A stretch of DNA of 64,000 nucleotides from Octopus sinensis (Eukaryota), in the NCBI RefSeq assembly GCF_006345805.1, contig NC_043005.1:49600001-49664000 (forward strand). The letters are read 5' to 3'. Under the pieces are notes generated by a model. That model was not told the origin of the DNA, made no database searches, and saw only the letters and a list, made by a program, of their open reading frames with translations. Below, in pieces: positions 25,868-38,854 of the stretch. The first letter of the stretch is position 1, and each line of letters opens with the position of its first letter. A program made the translations under genes and the position numbers.

Positions 25868-26226
25868 TTATTTATATATATATATATACATACATACGAT
25901 GGACTTCTTTCAGTTTCTGTCTACCAAATCCACTCACGATGCTTTGGTCAGCCTCAGGCTATAGTAGAAGACGTTTGCCAATGGTGCCACCCAATAGAAC
26001 TGAACCCAGGGCTATGTGGTTGGGAAGTCAGCTTCTTACCACACAACCACTCCTGTACTTCGGCAGCTATCTTATTGTGTCTCTAGCAATCTCATGCATA
26101 TTCTATTTTTACTGGGTAGATCATTTTTGTTAAACATTCATTCGTTCACATAGTTTTGTAGAAATTAACGAAATTGTATTTTTTGAAGAATGAACCTTAA
26201 TGTGAGGATTAATCTTCCATTTCCAG

Positions 26227-26370
26227 TGTGATCAAACAAAAGAAGGCCTTGTGAATAATACAGAGCAGATGGATGATTTCTGTAAAGAAAAAGGTTTCCT
26301 GAGTTGGTTTGAAACTTCAGCAAAAGAAAATATTAACATAGATGAGGCTGCTCGATTTTTGGTTGGACAG
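26227..26370 (+). CDS. RAB32: Rab32/38 exon (G4 completion, G5 ETSAK)
   Basis: CAG acceptor ending 26226; encodes CDQTKEGLVNNTEQMDDFCKEKGFLSWFETSAKENINIDEAARFLVGQ; donor GTAATG at 26371. Not in the supplied ORF track. Confidence 0.97.
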
Positions 26371-29300
26371 GTAATGAAAATTATTTTGTCACTTTGATGT
26401 GTTATAATTTGATTTTTCTTTCTTTCTTTTTCTTTTTGCTATTATCTGACTTGTGAGCTGCATGGCAACCTCAATAGTTCTGGTGACATGAAAAAGCATT
26501 TGTATGTACTGTAAAGTGGTTGGAGTTAAGAAGGGCATCCAGTTATAAAAACCATGCTAAAAATGACATTGGAGCACGATACAGTCCTTGGACCCATCAG
26601 ATCATGTCAAACTGTCCATCCTGAAGATGTTGGAAATGAAACCAATAAATATGACAGTGGCTAGAATGTCCCTATTGGTTGTTCAGGGGTTTCTATTGTG
26701 CAAAATATCCAAATTTTTATTTTTCCAAGCCCTAGAACTCAAAAGGCTGGTTAGCCAGTTTCTATGGTGAATAAGTGAATGAGATCTCACCATTAACTCT
26801 AATCCTGATTATAAAGCCACAAATTTAGAGAGAACAAACAATTAATTTAATCAACCCTGTTCACCATTGGTAGTATTGATATTATCAATTAGCAAAATTA
26901 AATCTAGTGGGACTTGAATTTAGAATATAAAGGAAAGTAACTAAGTTCAATAAGGCATTTTGTTCAGCTTTCTGTTGATTATTCTCTCTACTGAGTTTAG
27001 ATTTTTTTTTAAAATATTAAAATATGTGCAGTCTCCTAGTGGACAGCTAACACAAGGGAGATAATCATTTCTTCATAATATTTGGAAGGATTAGAAGACA
27101 GAATTTTTATTTGAAGAATAAAGAAGATGCACAGAATATGCATATTTATTTATTTTTGTTTGTTTGTTTTTGCTTACTCATTTTGAGGGTCTTAAAATTT
27201 CTAGTCTTATGAAAGTTGGTTAACCCCCAGCTACTGCTGTTAGAGGTCCTCATTTTTAACTGAGCACATTTGAGAAATGTGAAATGAAGTGTCTTGCTCA
27301 AGGATACAATGTACTACCTGGGAATCAATCTGATGACTTAAATTATAAACCCAACTTCAGGTTCATAAGAACATGTACTTTCACTTGAAAACAAGACAGA
27401 CACCTCTATGCACAAATGAGTTATTAAGATTTATATATTTCCTATATTTTAATTGTTATAGACATTGGACTGTGGGCTATGTTGAGCTGCACTGCTCAAC
27501 AGTGCAAAATCAACCTAAGTACTTATTCTTTAAAGTCTGGCACTTATTCTATTGGTATCTTTTCTTGAACCACTAAGTTACAGGGACATAAACAAACCAA
27601 CACCAGTGTGGAGGGAAACGCACACACACACACATAGTGGGCTTCCACACAGTTTCCATCTGCCAAATTTACTCTCAAGACACTTGCCCAGGGTGTCATG
27701 CAGTGGGACTGAACCCAAAACTGTGTAGTTACAAAGTGAGTTTCTTTACCACACAACCATGCCTGTGCCTGCACGTGAAAGACTTATGAGATATGTTGTA
27801 CATTGGACAAAACATAAACCATGACTAAATACCCTTAGAGGATTTTTTAATCATTAAAAAATGAAAATATAAATGACTGTAAGCTATACTGTAATAGATT
27901 TTATTTCCTTTCCACATGGTGCCTTTTCCATTGTTAAGTGGAATCAACAACTAGTGGATTGGCACAATCATAAGTGCTGGTCAGAATGTCTTGCAGCATT
28001 TAGTCTCAGCTCTTTACATTGAGTTCAAAGCTTACTTTTCATTCTTCCAGGACCATTTAAATACCACCCTCCTGTCTTGTCTTAAGACCTCCATCATATT
28101 TAACTCTGGGCTTGTTTTTACTTTCTCCCAAGTAATGGTTTCAAGTTATCATTGAGACTTTGCTTTTTTTCTGAGTAGAAGTGGTGGCTCTATTGCAGAT
28201 CCATTTTTACCTCTTTTACTGTCAGTTATGATGATTACCTTTAGTTAGGATTTTTCTATCAGTTACAATAATGAGGGTTCCAGTTGACCCAATCGATGAA
28301 ACAGCCTGCTCATGAAATTAATATGCAAATGGCTGAGTATTCCACAGAGAGAAGGTACATGGCTTTGTATTTAGGATATCCAGCTCATGATAATAAGGCT
28401 GTGAGTTCTATTTCTGGTGATTGTTGCATTCTTGAGCAAGACACTTTGTTTCATATTGCTCCAGTTGACTCAGCTGGCAAAAATGCATAATACCTGTCCC
28501 ATTTTGTCACATTTTGTATCACACTGAATCTCCCTAAGAACTACATTAAGGGTACATGTGTCTGTAGAAAGAAGAAGTGGTCCATATTAGTCCAGACTCA
28601 GTTCTTTGACTTGTCCAACATAGTAGGCTCAATCAGGAGCTTGCTCTCCATTGGCATTGCTCTTAGGGTCATTGAGCCATCACACTGTGGAACTTAAAAT
28701 ACTGGAGTTAATGTAATCTACTGTAATATTCTCTCTTCAAATCTTTGGCTCTATGTCATTGTTAGAAATCATCATTAAATAAATTCCCGTAGGCCAGACA
28801 CTTTAGTGTTCAGATTACTCTGTCAAATGTAATGCTTATATTTAATCACATTACATTGGATTATGCATGATCTTGAGATTTTGATGATGTGGTTGTTAAT
28901 GACATTGTACAGTAGGTGTGAAAAGCCAAATCTAGCCAGTTTGAGCATAAAACAGGTAGAATATTTCGGCTAGATATGGCCAGTTTAAATGCTAAAGGGT
29001 CAGCTTTTAGCAGTGGCTTAGTGGTCCAGTGTGTTGGGCTCATGATCATAAGATTGTTTCAATTCCTGGACTGGGTGACGTTTTGTGTTCCTGAGCAAAA
29101 TATTTCATTTCATGTTGATCCAGTATACTCAGCTGGCAAAAATGAGAAATCCTGTGACAGACTGGCATCCTGTCCAGGTGGGGAATACATATGCCATGAA
29201 ACCAGGAAACCAGCCCTTATGAGTTGGTATGACTTGAGAATGTAACTTTACTTTTTTAACCCTTTAGCATTCAGATTACCCTGTCAAATGTAATGCTTAT

Positions 29301-29965
29301 TTATTCACATTGTTTTGAATTAATCAAGCATTATCTCATAACTTCAAGATTTCAATAATATAATTTTTTCTTTTTTAGAATGATATTGTAGGGCAAGTGA
29401 GAGAGGCTGGATCTGGCTGTTTTGTACATAAAACAGGTGGAATATTTAGTATAGATATGGCTGGTTTAAATGCTAAAGGGTTTCGAGGTTGGTAAGTGAG
29501 CAGGGACAACTTCTGTCTGAGAGGACCCTTTTGGTTTGCCAAGAGCATGGCATCTCTAACATTGATTCCATGAATGATAAATTACACCTAGCATACCCTG
29601 TAATGGTAGTTGGTATTAGGACAGACATCTGACCTTAGAAGTCAAGTCAAAAATGGAATGTATGAGTGAGACAGTGTCCTCCAAATTGTTTAGGAGAACA
29701 GTAACTCAAATAAACACCAATTAAACTTGTATGATTTTGTACCTTCAAAATTATGATGATGTAATTATTTTTAGAATGACATTGTAGGGTAGGTGTAAGA
29801 GGCTAGATCTGGCTAGTTTGAATGTAAGACAGGTAGAGTACTCAGGCCAGATATAGCTGGTTTAAATGCTAAAGAGTTAAATATCTCAATAAGTAAATTC
29901 TATTAACATGTACAAATCAGCTATAAAATACTTTTTTTAAGGAAATGCTTCTTTTTCTCCTTCAG

Positions 29966-30079
29966 ATCCTCAAAAATGATCAAAATATGAACACAGGCAG
30001 TACAGAAGAAGATAAAGAACGCATTCAATTAGCTAATGCTAACCAACAAGAACCAACAAAAAAATCTTGCTGCAGATAG
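29966..30079 (+). CDS. RAB32: Rab32/38 terminal exon (hypervariable tail, prenylation motif)
   Basis: Pyrimidine tract + CAG ending 29965; encodes ILKNDQNMNTGSTEEDKERIQLANANQQEPTKKSCCR then TAG at 30077-30079; di-cysteine geranylgeranylation motif. Confidence 0.95.
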   Translation: MLKNDQNMNTGSTEEDKERIQLANANQQEPTKKSCCR

Positions 30080-30304
30080 AAGTTTTGAACTCTGAATTAA
30101 TTACCCAAATAGTTTTTATAAATAACTATTGCTTTTGTTTTTTTTTTTTTAACCATTATATTTTCTTTTATTTTTCCTGATGAAAAGCTGAAAAAAAAAA
30201 AATCAAGAAAAACAAAAATAATCATTTCCTGTATGTTCTTTTATTTCAATAATTTTACTCTAGTTTAAAAACGAACTCTACAAATAATAATATTAATAAT
30301 AATT

Positions 30305-30585
30305 GAGAAATATCAAGACTTAGTCAGAGAGATGAAGGTACTGTGCAAGATTAAGACAACAGTTGCTTTTGTGGTAATTGGTACAACTTGGAACAACACC
30401 TATAATACTACGTAGAAAACCGTTGGATATTGGAATCGAGATTCACATTGTCGACCTGCAGAAAAGTGCAACCCTGTATTCTGCAAGAATCTTAAGAAAG
30501 ATTCTTGAGATCTGAGAAGTCTTGTTGTCACCTACCCTCAAGACAACATCCTTGCTAAATAATATAGCATGTAATAGCTATAGTA
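30305..30585 (+). mobile_element. 3' fragment of an R4/Dong-type (restriction-like endonuclease) non-LTR element in (TAA)n
   Basis: EKYQDLVREMKVLCKIKTTVAFVVIG-(frameshift)-LGTTP...DIGIEIHIVDLQKSATLYSARILRKILEI* (TGA 30513-30515); flanked by TAA repeats on both sides. Confidence 0.8.
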
Positions 30586-30807
30586 ATAATAATAATAATA
30601 ATAACAATAATAATAAGAAGAAGATGAAGAAGAACAATGTTCCTTATACTACCATGAAACCTAAAATTTTTAATGTTGGGTGGGGAAAAAGCTAGGAAGT
30701 TGATTTCTTTGTCTAGGACATTAGTGTAACAAATAAAACTTATACTGGAATTTGATACTGGGTTGTGGACTCAATTAGACAGAAGCTCGCTTCCACTTGA
30801 TGGTGCT

Positions 30808-30842
<35 letters not shown>

Positions 30843-30971
30843 ACATGACTTTGTAAATGAACAATCTGGTGTGTTTATTTTAATGGCCTACCAATGTATA
30901 CAGTGAGTTTCTTTGTCCTAGGTGTCAGGAAGACACTTGGCAAGAAATGGGAACAAAATTGAAAGAAGAGG

Positions 30972-31017
<46 letters not shown>

Positions 31018-31096
31018 TAATATCAGAAACAGAATAAAGTGATGGAGATGATGAATAGATATTAATTATATATATTTTGCCTGTTTCTCAACAAAT

Positions 31097-31102
31097 AATA
31101 AA
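31097..31102 (+). terminator. Candidate Rab32 polyadenylation signal AATAAA
   Basis: AATAAA followed about 50 nt later by a GU/U-rich run (tgtttgtctgtctttttt). Other AATAAA at 30732 and 31033 are alternatives. Confidence 0.35.
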
Positions 31103-32139
31103 TATACTGCTTCAGCTTGAAACATTTTACTCATCCCTTTTTCTATCTTAAATGTTTGTCTGTCTTTTTTTTTTTTTATGCTTTCGATTGTATTATCTCA
31201 GCTCCAACTTTAACAATATTGTGTATTGTTGACAACAATGATAACATCTGCCTTTTACCTTTTACTTGATTCGGTCATTGGACTGCAGCCATGCTGGGGC
31301 ACAACTTTGAAGAGCCTAGTCAAACAAATTGATCCCAGAACTTTTTTTTCTTTTTAATTCTGGTATTGCTCTCTTTTGTCAGAGCACTAAGTTATAGGGA
31401 TGTAAACCAACCAACACCAGTGGTGGGAGCCAAAGACAGACACACACACATACACACACATATCCGCATAATTTAATGTCCATTTTTCCATGATAGCATG
31501 GGTAGTACAGAATTTGTTGAGGCAAATCTTCTGTGGCTGGGTGCCCTTCCTGTCACAAACACTCACCTGTTTCCAAGCTCGGTAATATTTCCCCTTGGCC
31601 AGACATGTTTCCCATGGAAGACTGGAAATGACCAATGTTGTACAACGGCGATGCTCATTTACAACCATCATGTGATGTCAAGACAAGAGTACACAAACAT
31701 ACATACATTTATACAATGGGCTTCTTCTAGCTTCTATCTGCCAAATTCACTCACATGGCAGCTTGGGGCTATAGTAGATGACACATGAGGTCTACAAGGG
31801 GTGGGGGGCTGAACTCATAACTATCATCATCATCATCATCATTTAACATCTGTTGCTCATGCTGGTATGGGTTGGATGGCCTAACCAGGGCTAGTTAGCT
31901 GGAATGCTGCACCAGACTCCAGTCTGATTTGGTATGGTTTTCTATGGCTGGGTGCCCTTCTTAATGCCAACCACTCTGAGAGTGTAATGTGTGCTTTTAC
32001 ATGCCACCAGCATGGGCACCATTTGCATGACACCAGTATCTGTCACGACTATTTATATAGTTGCAAAATGGGCGTCTTAACTACACAGCCATACCTGTAC
32101 CTGAGGAATTTTTTAAATGATAATGTTAATTATAATGAT

Positions 32140-32403
32140 GTGTGGAGGCACATGGCTTAGTGGTTAGGGTGTCAGCACCATTTTCGTAAGATTGTGGTTT
32201 TGATTCCTGGACCGGGCGACTCGTTGTGTTCTTGAGCAAAACACTTCATTTCACGTTGCTCCAGTCCACTCAGCTGGCAAAAATGAGCAACGCTGCGATG
32301 GACTGGCGTCCCGTCCAGCTGGGGAACACATACACCATAGAAGCCAGGAAACCAGGCCCAGGAACCTGGCTAGGCTTTAAAAAGGGCGCATTTATTTATT
32401 TCT
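32140..32403 (+). mobile_element. tRNA SINE with V-domain-like segment (family C)
   Basis: Head ggaggcacatggcttagtggttaggg, segment gatggactggcgtcccgtccag, (TTTA)n tail, perfect 14-bp TSD TTAATTATAATGAT (32126-32139 / 32404-32417). Confidence 0.85.
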
Positions 32404-33690
32404 TTAATTATAATGATATTGGTGCCATGTAAAAATCACTGGTGCAGGTACTACATAAAAAGCACCAGTGCTAGTACCACATAAAATGCACTGGTGCTAG
32501 TGCCATGTAAAAAGCACCCATTCCACTCTGTAAAGTGGTTGGCATTAGGAAGGGCATCCAGCCATAGAAACCAAGCCAAAACAGCCTATGGAACCTGGCC
32601 TCACCAGCTCCTCTTAAACTATCCAACCCATGCCAGCATGGAAAACAGATGCCAAAGGATGATGATGATGTTGTTGATGGTGATGAAATACTTACAAAGT
32701 CCATACACTACTCAATTTTAACCATCTTATGGCAATGTCAGATTATTATATAATTGCTTAAATTCTTAAAAATACATTAACTTGCTTCATGGTTATAGGT
32801 GCAAGCATGGCTGTGTGGTAAGAAACTTGCTTTCCAACCACATGGTTTTGGGTTCGGTTCTACTGTGTAGTACTTTGGGTAATTTTCTTCAACTATAGCC
32901 TTCTGATTGGATATGTTAGATAGAAACTGAAAGAAGCCCATTGGGTGTATATATTTGTAGGTGTATGTGTCCTTGTGTTTGTGTTTGTACCCCACAAATG
33001 CTTGACAACTGGTGTTGGTTTGTTTATGTTCTTGTAACTTAGCAGATTGGTAAACGAGACCAATACAATAAATACCAGGTTTTAAAAAGAAGTACCGGAG
33101 TTGATCTGTTTGATTAAGACCATCAAAGCAGTGCCCAAGCATGGCTGCAGTCCAATGACTGAAATAAACAAAAATTAACAAAAGAAAAAAAAACCCTCAT
33201 ATTTTGTCAATTGGTGAAAAAAAAATTTTTTTGTTTTCGTTTTATTTCTTTATTTTGAAATGGAAAATGATCTGAGATTTCCCCATAGCCAATTGATAGT
33301 TCATTCCATATCTCAAAGTTGTAATGCTCAGTGCATTGTAATTCCCTATAAATGCTGCTAGCTAGTATTGCATAAACTTTAAAGCAGTATTAATACACTC
33401 GTAGATCAAGGTCAGAATTCTTAAGTCAGTTATGTATTTCATTAAACGGAATGTATTTATATTTAAAACAGCTGAAATCATAATATCTAAAACATGTATA
33501 ATATAGAAATATCCATAACTATTTATTTGAAATCCTTTTAGCTGTTAGATTATGAGTGATGTGAAAACAGCTTGATGTTCTCTTAAATAAACAGCAAAAT
33601 AGTTAGGAATCTTCCAATTTTTCCAATAAGTTTTCTGCTTATTCAAGGGGATGTATCATGCAATTTCAGTGATAAAAAGATTTATAATAA

Positions 33691-34074
33691 TACTAGCAGT
33701 ATCGCCCGGCGTTGCTCAGGTTTGTTTCGACCCTTTAGAATTGGAATTTTTGAAAAGTAAAAATTTTGCATTATGTAGTTTGTTATTCTCTGTTATTATT
33801 CTGGTTGAAATACACCGAAAAATGGCAACACAGCAGTCAAAAAATCCTAAAAAAATAGGGATTTTCATAGAAAAAAAGTATCTTTTTTATGTAAATAATT
33901 TTTGGTCTTAACATGGTCCAATTTTAATTTTATCTTCTACATAATGAAGAGCAAGCCTTCCATCATACTCTCAATTTTGGTCAACTTGCACTGCAGGGTT
34001 TCAGAGGAAATAGTGTTAGTTGAAGGCTACCAAACCTGCCACACACAGACAACTTCAGCTTTATATATATAGAT
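33691..34074 (+). mobile_element. Lep1/DINE-like non-autonomous Helitron-type repeat
   Basis: Starts TACTAGCAGTATCGCCCGGCGTTGCTC and ends CACACACAGACAACTTCAGCTTTATATATATAGAT, termini characteristic of this element class. Confidence 0.6.
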
Positions 34075-34237
34075 TTCTACATTATATACTTTTCATATAC
34101 AGTATTTTCTCTCTCATTTTTACCTTGTACCTTGACTTCACATCCCTCAATTTCCAGATAGGTATGCCATGTATTCACCTCTTCTGCAAGACACCTGTTC
34201 CTGTCCTATCATACTTTCATATCCCTCAATATGTGAA

Positions 34238-34558
34238 GGTCCATGACTCAGTGGTTAGAGTGTCAGGCTCATGATCATGTGGTAGTGAGTTTGATTCCTG
34301 GACCGGGCTATGTTGTGCTTTTGAGCAAGACACTTTATTTCACGTTGCTCAAATTCACTCAGCTGTAGAAATGAGTTGCAATGTCACTGGTGCCAAGCTG
34401 TATCGGCCTTTGCCTTTCCCTTGGATAACATCAGTGGCATGGAGTGGGGAGACTGGTATGCATAGGTGACTGTTGGTCTTCCATAAACAACCTTGCCCGG
34501 ACTTGTGCCCTGGAGCAGAACTTTCTAGGTGCAATCCCATGGCCATTCATGACCAAAG
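34238..34558 (+). mobile_element. tRNA SINE (family D); related copies at 4560-4860 and (minus) 34860-35535
   Basis: Head gactcagtggttagagtg, cttgagcaagacactttatttcac core, tail aactttctaggtgcaatcccatgg shared between copies. Confidence 0.75.
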
Positions 34559-34900
34559 CGAGTCCATTCATGTCTCAGTGCTATACTCAACTCAGCTGGA
34601 GGGTTTTGTTTTGTGAGTACTTGGTGCCTTACCAGTGCTGGTGTCATGAAAAAAAGAAAAAAATCCAGGGCACTTTGTGAAGTGGTTGGCACTAAAAAGT
34701 ACATCCAACTGTAGAAACCAAGCCAAAGCAGACATGAGAACTTGGTGCAGACCTCTGCATTATCAGACCCTTGCTAGCAGGGAAAAAGAGTTGCTATTGC
34801 ATGTGCATGTGTGCATGTTTGTTTATTCCATTACAGTATAGAAAAAGGGGGAGAGAAATTCCCATCAGTCATGAATGACGTGGGATTGCACCTAGAAAGT

Positions 34901-35268
34901 CCATCCCCTCCTCACCGTGGTGGGGACGCTGGCAATGGGTAGTGTCAGAGCTATGCTGTCGGGAACTTTGGTTCCTGGTAGGGCCACCCAAGACGGATTG
35001 GTCTGACACCGAGTGGTATTAGGGCCACAACCCAGCAGACAGGGCTCTGGTGAAAATCCTCGGAGTGTCTGCTTTGGCAACTGGTGGCTCCTCGGTCGTT
35101 CTGTCCCTGCATTTGCAGACAATCTGCGGCAAACAGGATGTCTCCACATGAGGGATTGTTGGGGGCCACTTGTGAAATCCACATATTCCCACGAAACTTC
35201 TTCCATGAGTAGAAGAAGCTGACTCAACCCGCCCAGGGTGAATGTTGCCACAAGTACAAATAAGTAAG
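34901..35268. mobile_element. GC-rich 368-bp insertion of unknown family inside a family D SINE
   Basis: 8-bp TSD TAGAAAGT (34893-34900 / 35269-35276); the host SINE reads continuously once the insert is removed; TAAG-like tail on the + strand. Confidence 0.7.
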
Positions 35269-35870
35269 TAGAAAGTTACCCTCTGAAGCATAAATCTGGG
35301 TAAGGTTGTTTATGGAAGACCAGCAGTCACTCATGTATATCAGCCTCACCTCTCCGCACTGCCAATGTTGTCTAAAAGAAAGGCAAAGGCTGATACAGCT
35401 TGGCACCAGTGACACCACAACTCATTTCTGTGGCTGAGTGAACTGAAGCAATGGGAAATAAAGTGTCTTGCTCCAGAACACAACACACAGCCTGGTCCAG
35501 GAATCAAACTTACTACCTCACGATTGTGAGCTCAAACCACTGAACCATGTGCCTTCACATGTGTGTTAATAGATACAAAATATACACTTTGACGTATTTT
35601 CTAGATACATATTTATGTGTTTTTGTGATTACATGTAAGCATCCTTGTATGTATGAAAGCATGTGTGGCTATTTAGTGGTTAGGCTCACGATCATGGGTT
35701 TGATACCTGGTGGCATGTGGTATCCCCAAGCAAGACACTTTATTTCACATTGCTCCAGTCCACTCAGCTGGCAAAAATGAGTTGCACCTGTATTTCAAAA
35801 GACCAGCCTCATCACATTCTGTGTCATGCTGAACCTTCCTGAGAACTATGTTAAGAGTATGTGCTCAATC

Positions 35871-36184
35871 TTATTCTTATTCACCCTTTTCAAGCCTAAC
35901 CAGGCTCATGGGCCCAGTTTCCTGGTTTCTGTGGTGTATGTGTTCCTTCCAGCTGGACGGGCCGCCAGTCCATCACAGTGTTCCTCAAGAAACAGGAAGA
36001 GAGAGTGAGAGAAAGTTGTGGTGAAAGAGTACAACAGGGGTCGCCACCACCCCCTGCCAGAGACTCGTGGAGCTTTTAGGTATTTTCGCTCAATAAACAC
36101 ACACAATACCCAGTCTGGGAATCGAAACCGCGATTCTCTGACTGCAAGTCCATTGCCCTAACCAATAGGGCCATTGTGCCTCCT
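35871..36184 (-). mobile_element. Chimeric SINE inserted into another SINE
   Basis: 13-bp TSD TATGTG(C/T)TCAATC (35858-35870 / 36185-36197); the body matches the 4195-4280 family, the tail matches family C. Confidence 0.8.
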
Positions 36185-36520
36185 TATGTGTTCAATCACT
36201 TGCATGTTAATTTCACGAGTAGAGTCTTCTGTTGATTGGATCAACTGGAACCCTCATCATCAAAACAGACAGAGTCCCTGTTTTTTTTTTGTTTTGCTTT
36301 TTTACATGCAACTGTTTTTCACATGGAACTGTTTCAGTCCCATATAATACTTCATTTATATATTACAACACATTCACTTACACATTAAGAACTTTTGCAT
36401 CCTGACACAACCCTTGAATCTATGAGGCAAACTTCCTTAAAGTAATCCAGATTTAAACTTTTCATCAAAATATCATGTTAGTTTATGTTCTAAACATCAG
36501 TGCCAAAGCTTGAAATCATT

Positions 36521-36553
<33 letters not shown>

Positions 36554-37729
36554 CATAGAGTGACAAGCTGGCCGAGTCACTATCATGCTAGGCAAAATGC
36601 TTAGCAGCATTTCAACTGTCTTAACATTCTGAGATCAAATTCTGCTGAAGTCAGTTTTGCCTTTCCTCCTTTTGGGATCAATAAATTAAGTACCAGGGAA
36701 ACACTGGGGCTGATGTAATTGATTAGTCTCCTCTCCACCAAATTTCAGGCCTTGTGCCTATTGTAGAAAGGATTATTATTAAGGTGCAAGCTGGCAGAAT
36801 AATTGGTAATTGGACAAAATGTTTGGTGGCATTCCAGTTTTATGAGTTCAAATTCCACCACTGAGGTTGAAATTTACTTGTCTTCATTTCAGGGCCAATA
36901 ATATAAAGTTCCAGTTGTGGACTGGGGTCAATGTAATCGACTTTCCCCTTCTGTGAAAATTGTTGACCTTGTGCGAAAATTAGAAAGAATTTATTAAGGC
37001 AGGAGCTGGCAGAATCATTAGCACACTGGACAAAATGCCTAGCAGAATTTTGTCCATCTTTATGATCTGAGTTCAAATTCTTCTGAGGCATCAATAAAAT
37101 AAGCGTCAGTTGAGCACTGGGTCAATGTGGTTGATTAGCCTCTACCCCAAATTTCAGGCCTTGTGCCTATGGAAGAAAGTATTATTACCGGATGTGGAGG
37201 TATTGTTTTCAGTCGTGGACAAGATATCTCAAGAACTACTGGATGGATTCGAATGAAACTTTTAAGGATATTTGGCTTTGTGACTGGCATGGACTGATTA
37301 GATTTTGGGATTGATCTCATAGCAAACAAGGATTCTGGATTATTTGTTATGTTTAGTTTACATGAAATATTACAATCTTACGTTGACTTTCGAGTCTTTC
37401 TCTGATTATCTCCCTTGAAAGTACACTTATGGTTTCCATGTTAGTTATGGTGGAGTTGCTGTTTCCAAAATTTTATTTTCATTTCTCTATTATTAATTTT
37501 ACTTGCATCTCTACCTTAGTAGAAAATGATGGATAAAGAAATCAAACTACATAAACAGATGGTAACAAAACAGTTCAGAAATCAAATAACACTAACATAT
37601 TCAGTAACGATAATAAATTTAATTTATCCTCAACAATTTTTAGTCTTACCAATTTTGAATATATTGCTCCTGTTTAAAACCTTTTACCTACTTGATTATC
37701 ACATTTCTAGTTCTACCTTACAGGAAGCT

Positions 37730-37885
37730 TTACCTGTTGTTAAACCACCGTTAATACCACTGTATGCAGGTCCTTTCCATTTTCTTTCATGCACAGATAA
37801 ATTTTTCACTATAGACTTTAATGATCATAAAGACACTATATCAATGGATAGACTAAAAAAGGCCTTCATAGAGAAAACTGTCCCT
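37730..37885 (+). mobile_element. Ty3/Gypsy integrase C-terminal remnant (GPY/F region)
   Basis: PVVKPPLIPLYAGPFHFLSCTDKFFTIDFNDHKDTISMDRLKKAF matches the PL-x-P-x-Y-x-GPF...S-x-DRLK motif; no core integrase or LTR visible. Confidence 0.75.
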
Positions 37886-38854
37886 GCTCCCACTGCAGAT
37901 GACACACACACAGCATTACAAACATGGCCTGCACACCCACCTTCACATTCCATGTTTACCATTGGGATCGATCAGGTACAAGACAAGGACTCTGGATTAT
38001 TTTTCCATTTTTTTAAATTAATTTTTTGAGAGCAGTTGGTTTCATTTTTAGTATTTTCGTTTGTAAGGGCAGTCGAGTTTATTTCAGAAATTTTCATTTT
38101 AAGAATCATCTCTGACTAATCATTGAGAGGACATTTTTTTTCTACTCTAGGCACAAGACCTGAAATTTTTTTTGTGGGGGGCAGTCAATTAAATCGACCC
38201 CAGGATGCAACTGGTGCTTAATTTATAGACCCCAAAAGGATGAAAGGCAAAGTTGACCTCAGCAGAATTTGAACTCAGAATGTAAAGACAGACAAAATAC
38301 CACTAAGCATTTTGCCCGGCATGCTAATGTTTCTGCCAGCTCACGACCTTAATTAATTGAGAGGGCATTGGTGTTGCATTGGTGGAGGTTTGTACTCTCT
38401 GAGTGGTCATGTTATTACTATTATTATCATTATTAATGTGGTAAAGGCAGCGAGCTGGTAGAATCATTAGCATGCTGGGCAAAGTGCTTAGCAGCATTTT
38501 GTCTGTCTTTACGTTCTGAGTTCAAATTCCGCCAAGGTTGACTTTACCTTTCATCCTTTCTGGGTATTAAATTAAGTACCAGTTACATACTGGGGTCGAT
38601 CAAATCGACTAACCACCCCCTCTCCCCAAAATTTCAGGCCTTGTGCCTATAGTAGAAAAGATTATTATTAACATGGTAGCATGTGGACAAAACACTTAGT
38701 GGCATTTTGTCTATTTTCATATTTTGAGTTCAAATTCTACCAAAATCGAATTTGCCTTTCATCCTTTCGTGGTGTCAGTGCAATTGTTCCCTCCCTCAAA
38801 ATTTCAGACCTTGTGCCTATAGTAGGAAGGATTATTATTATTATTATCATTATT

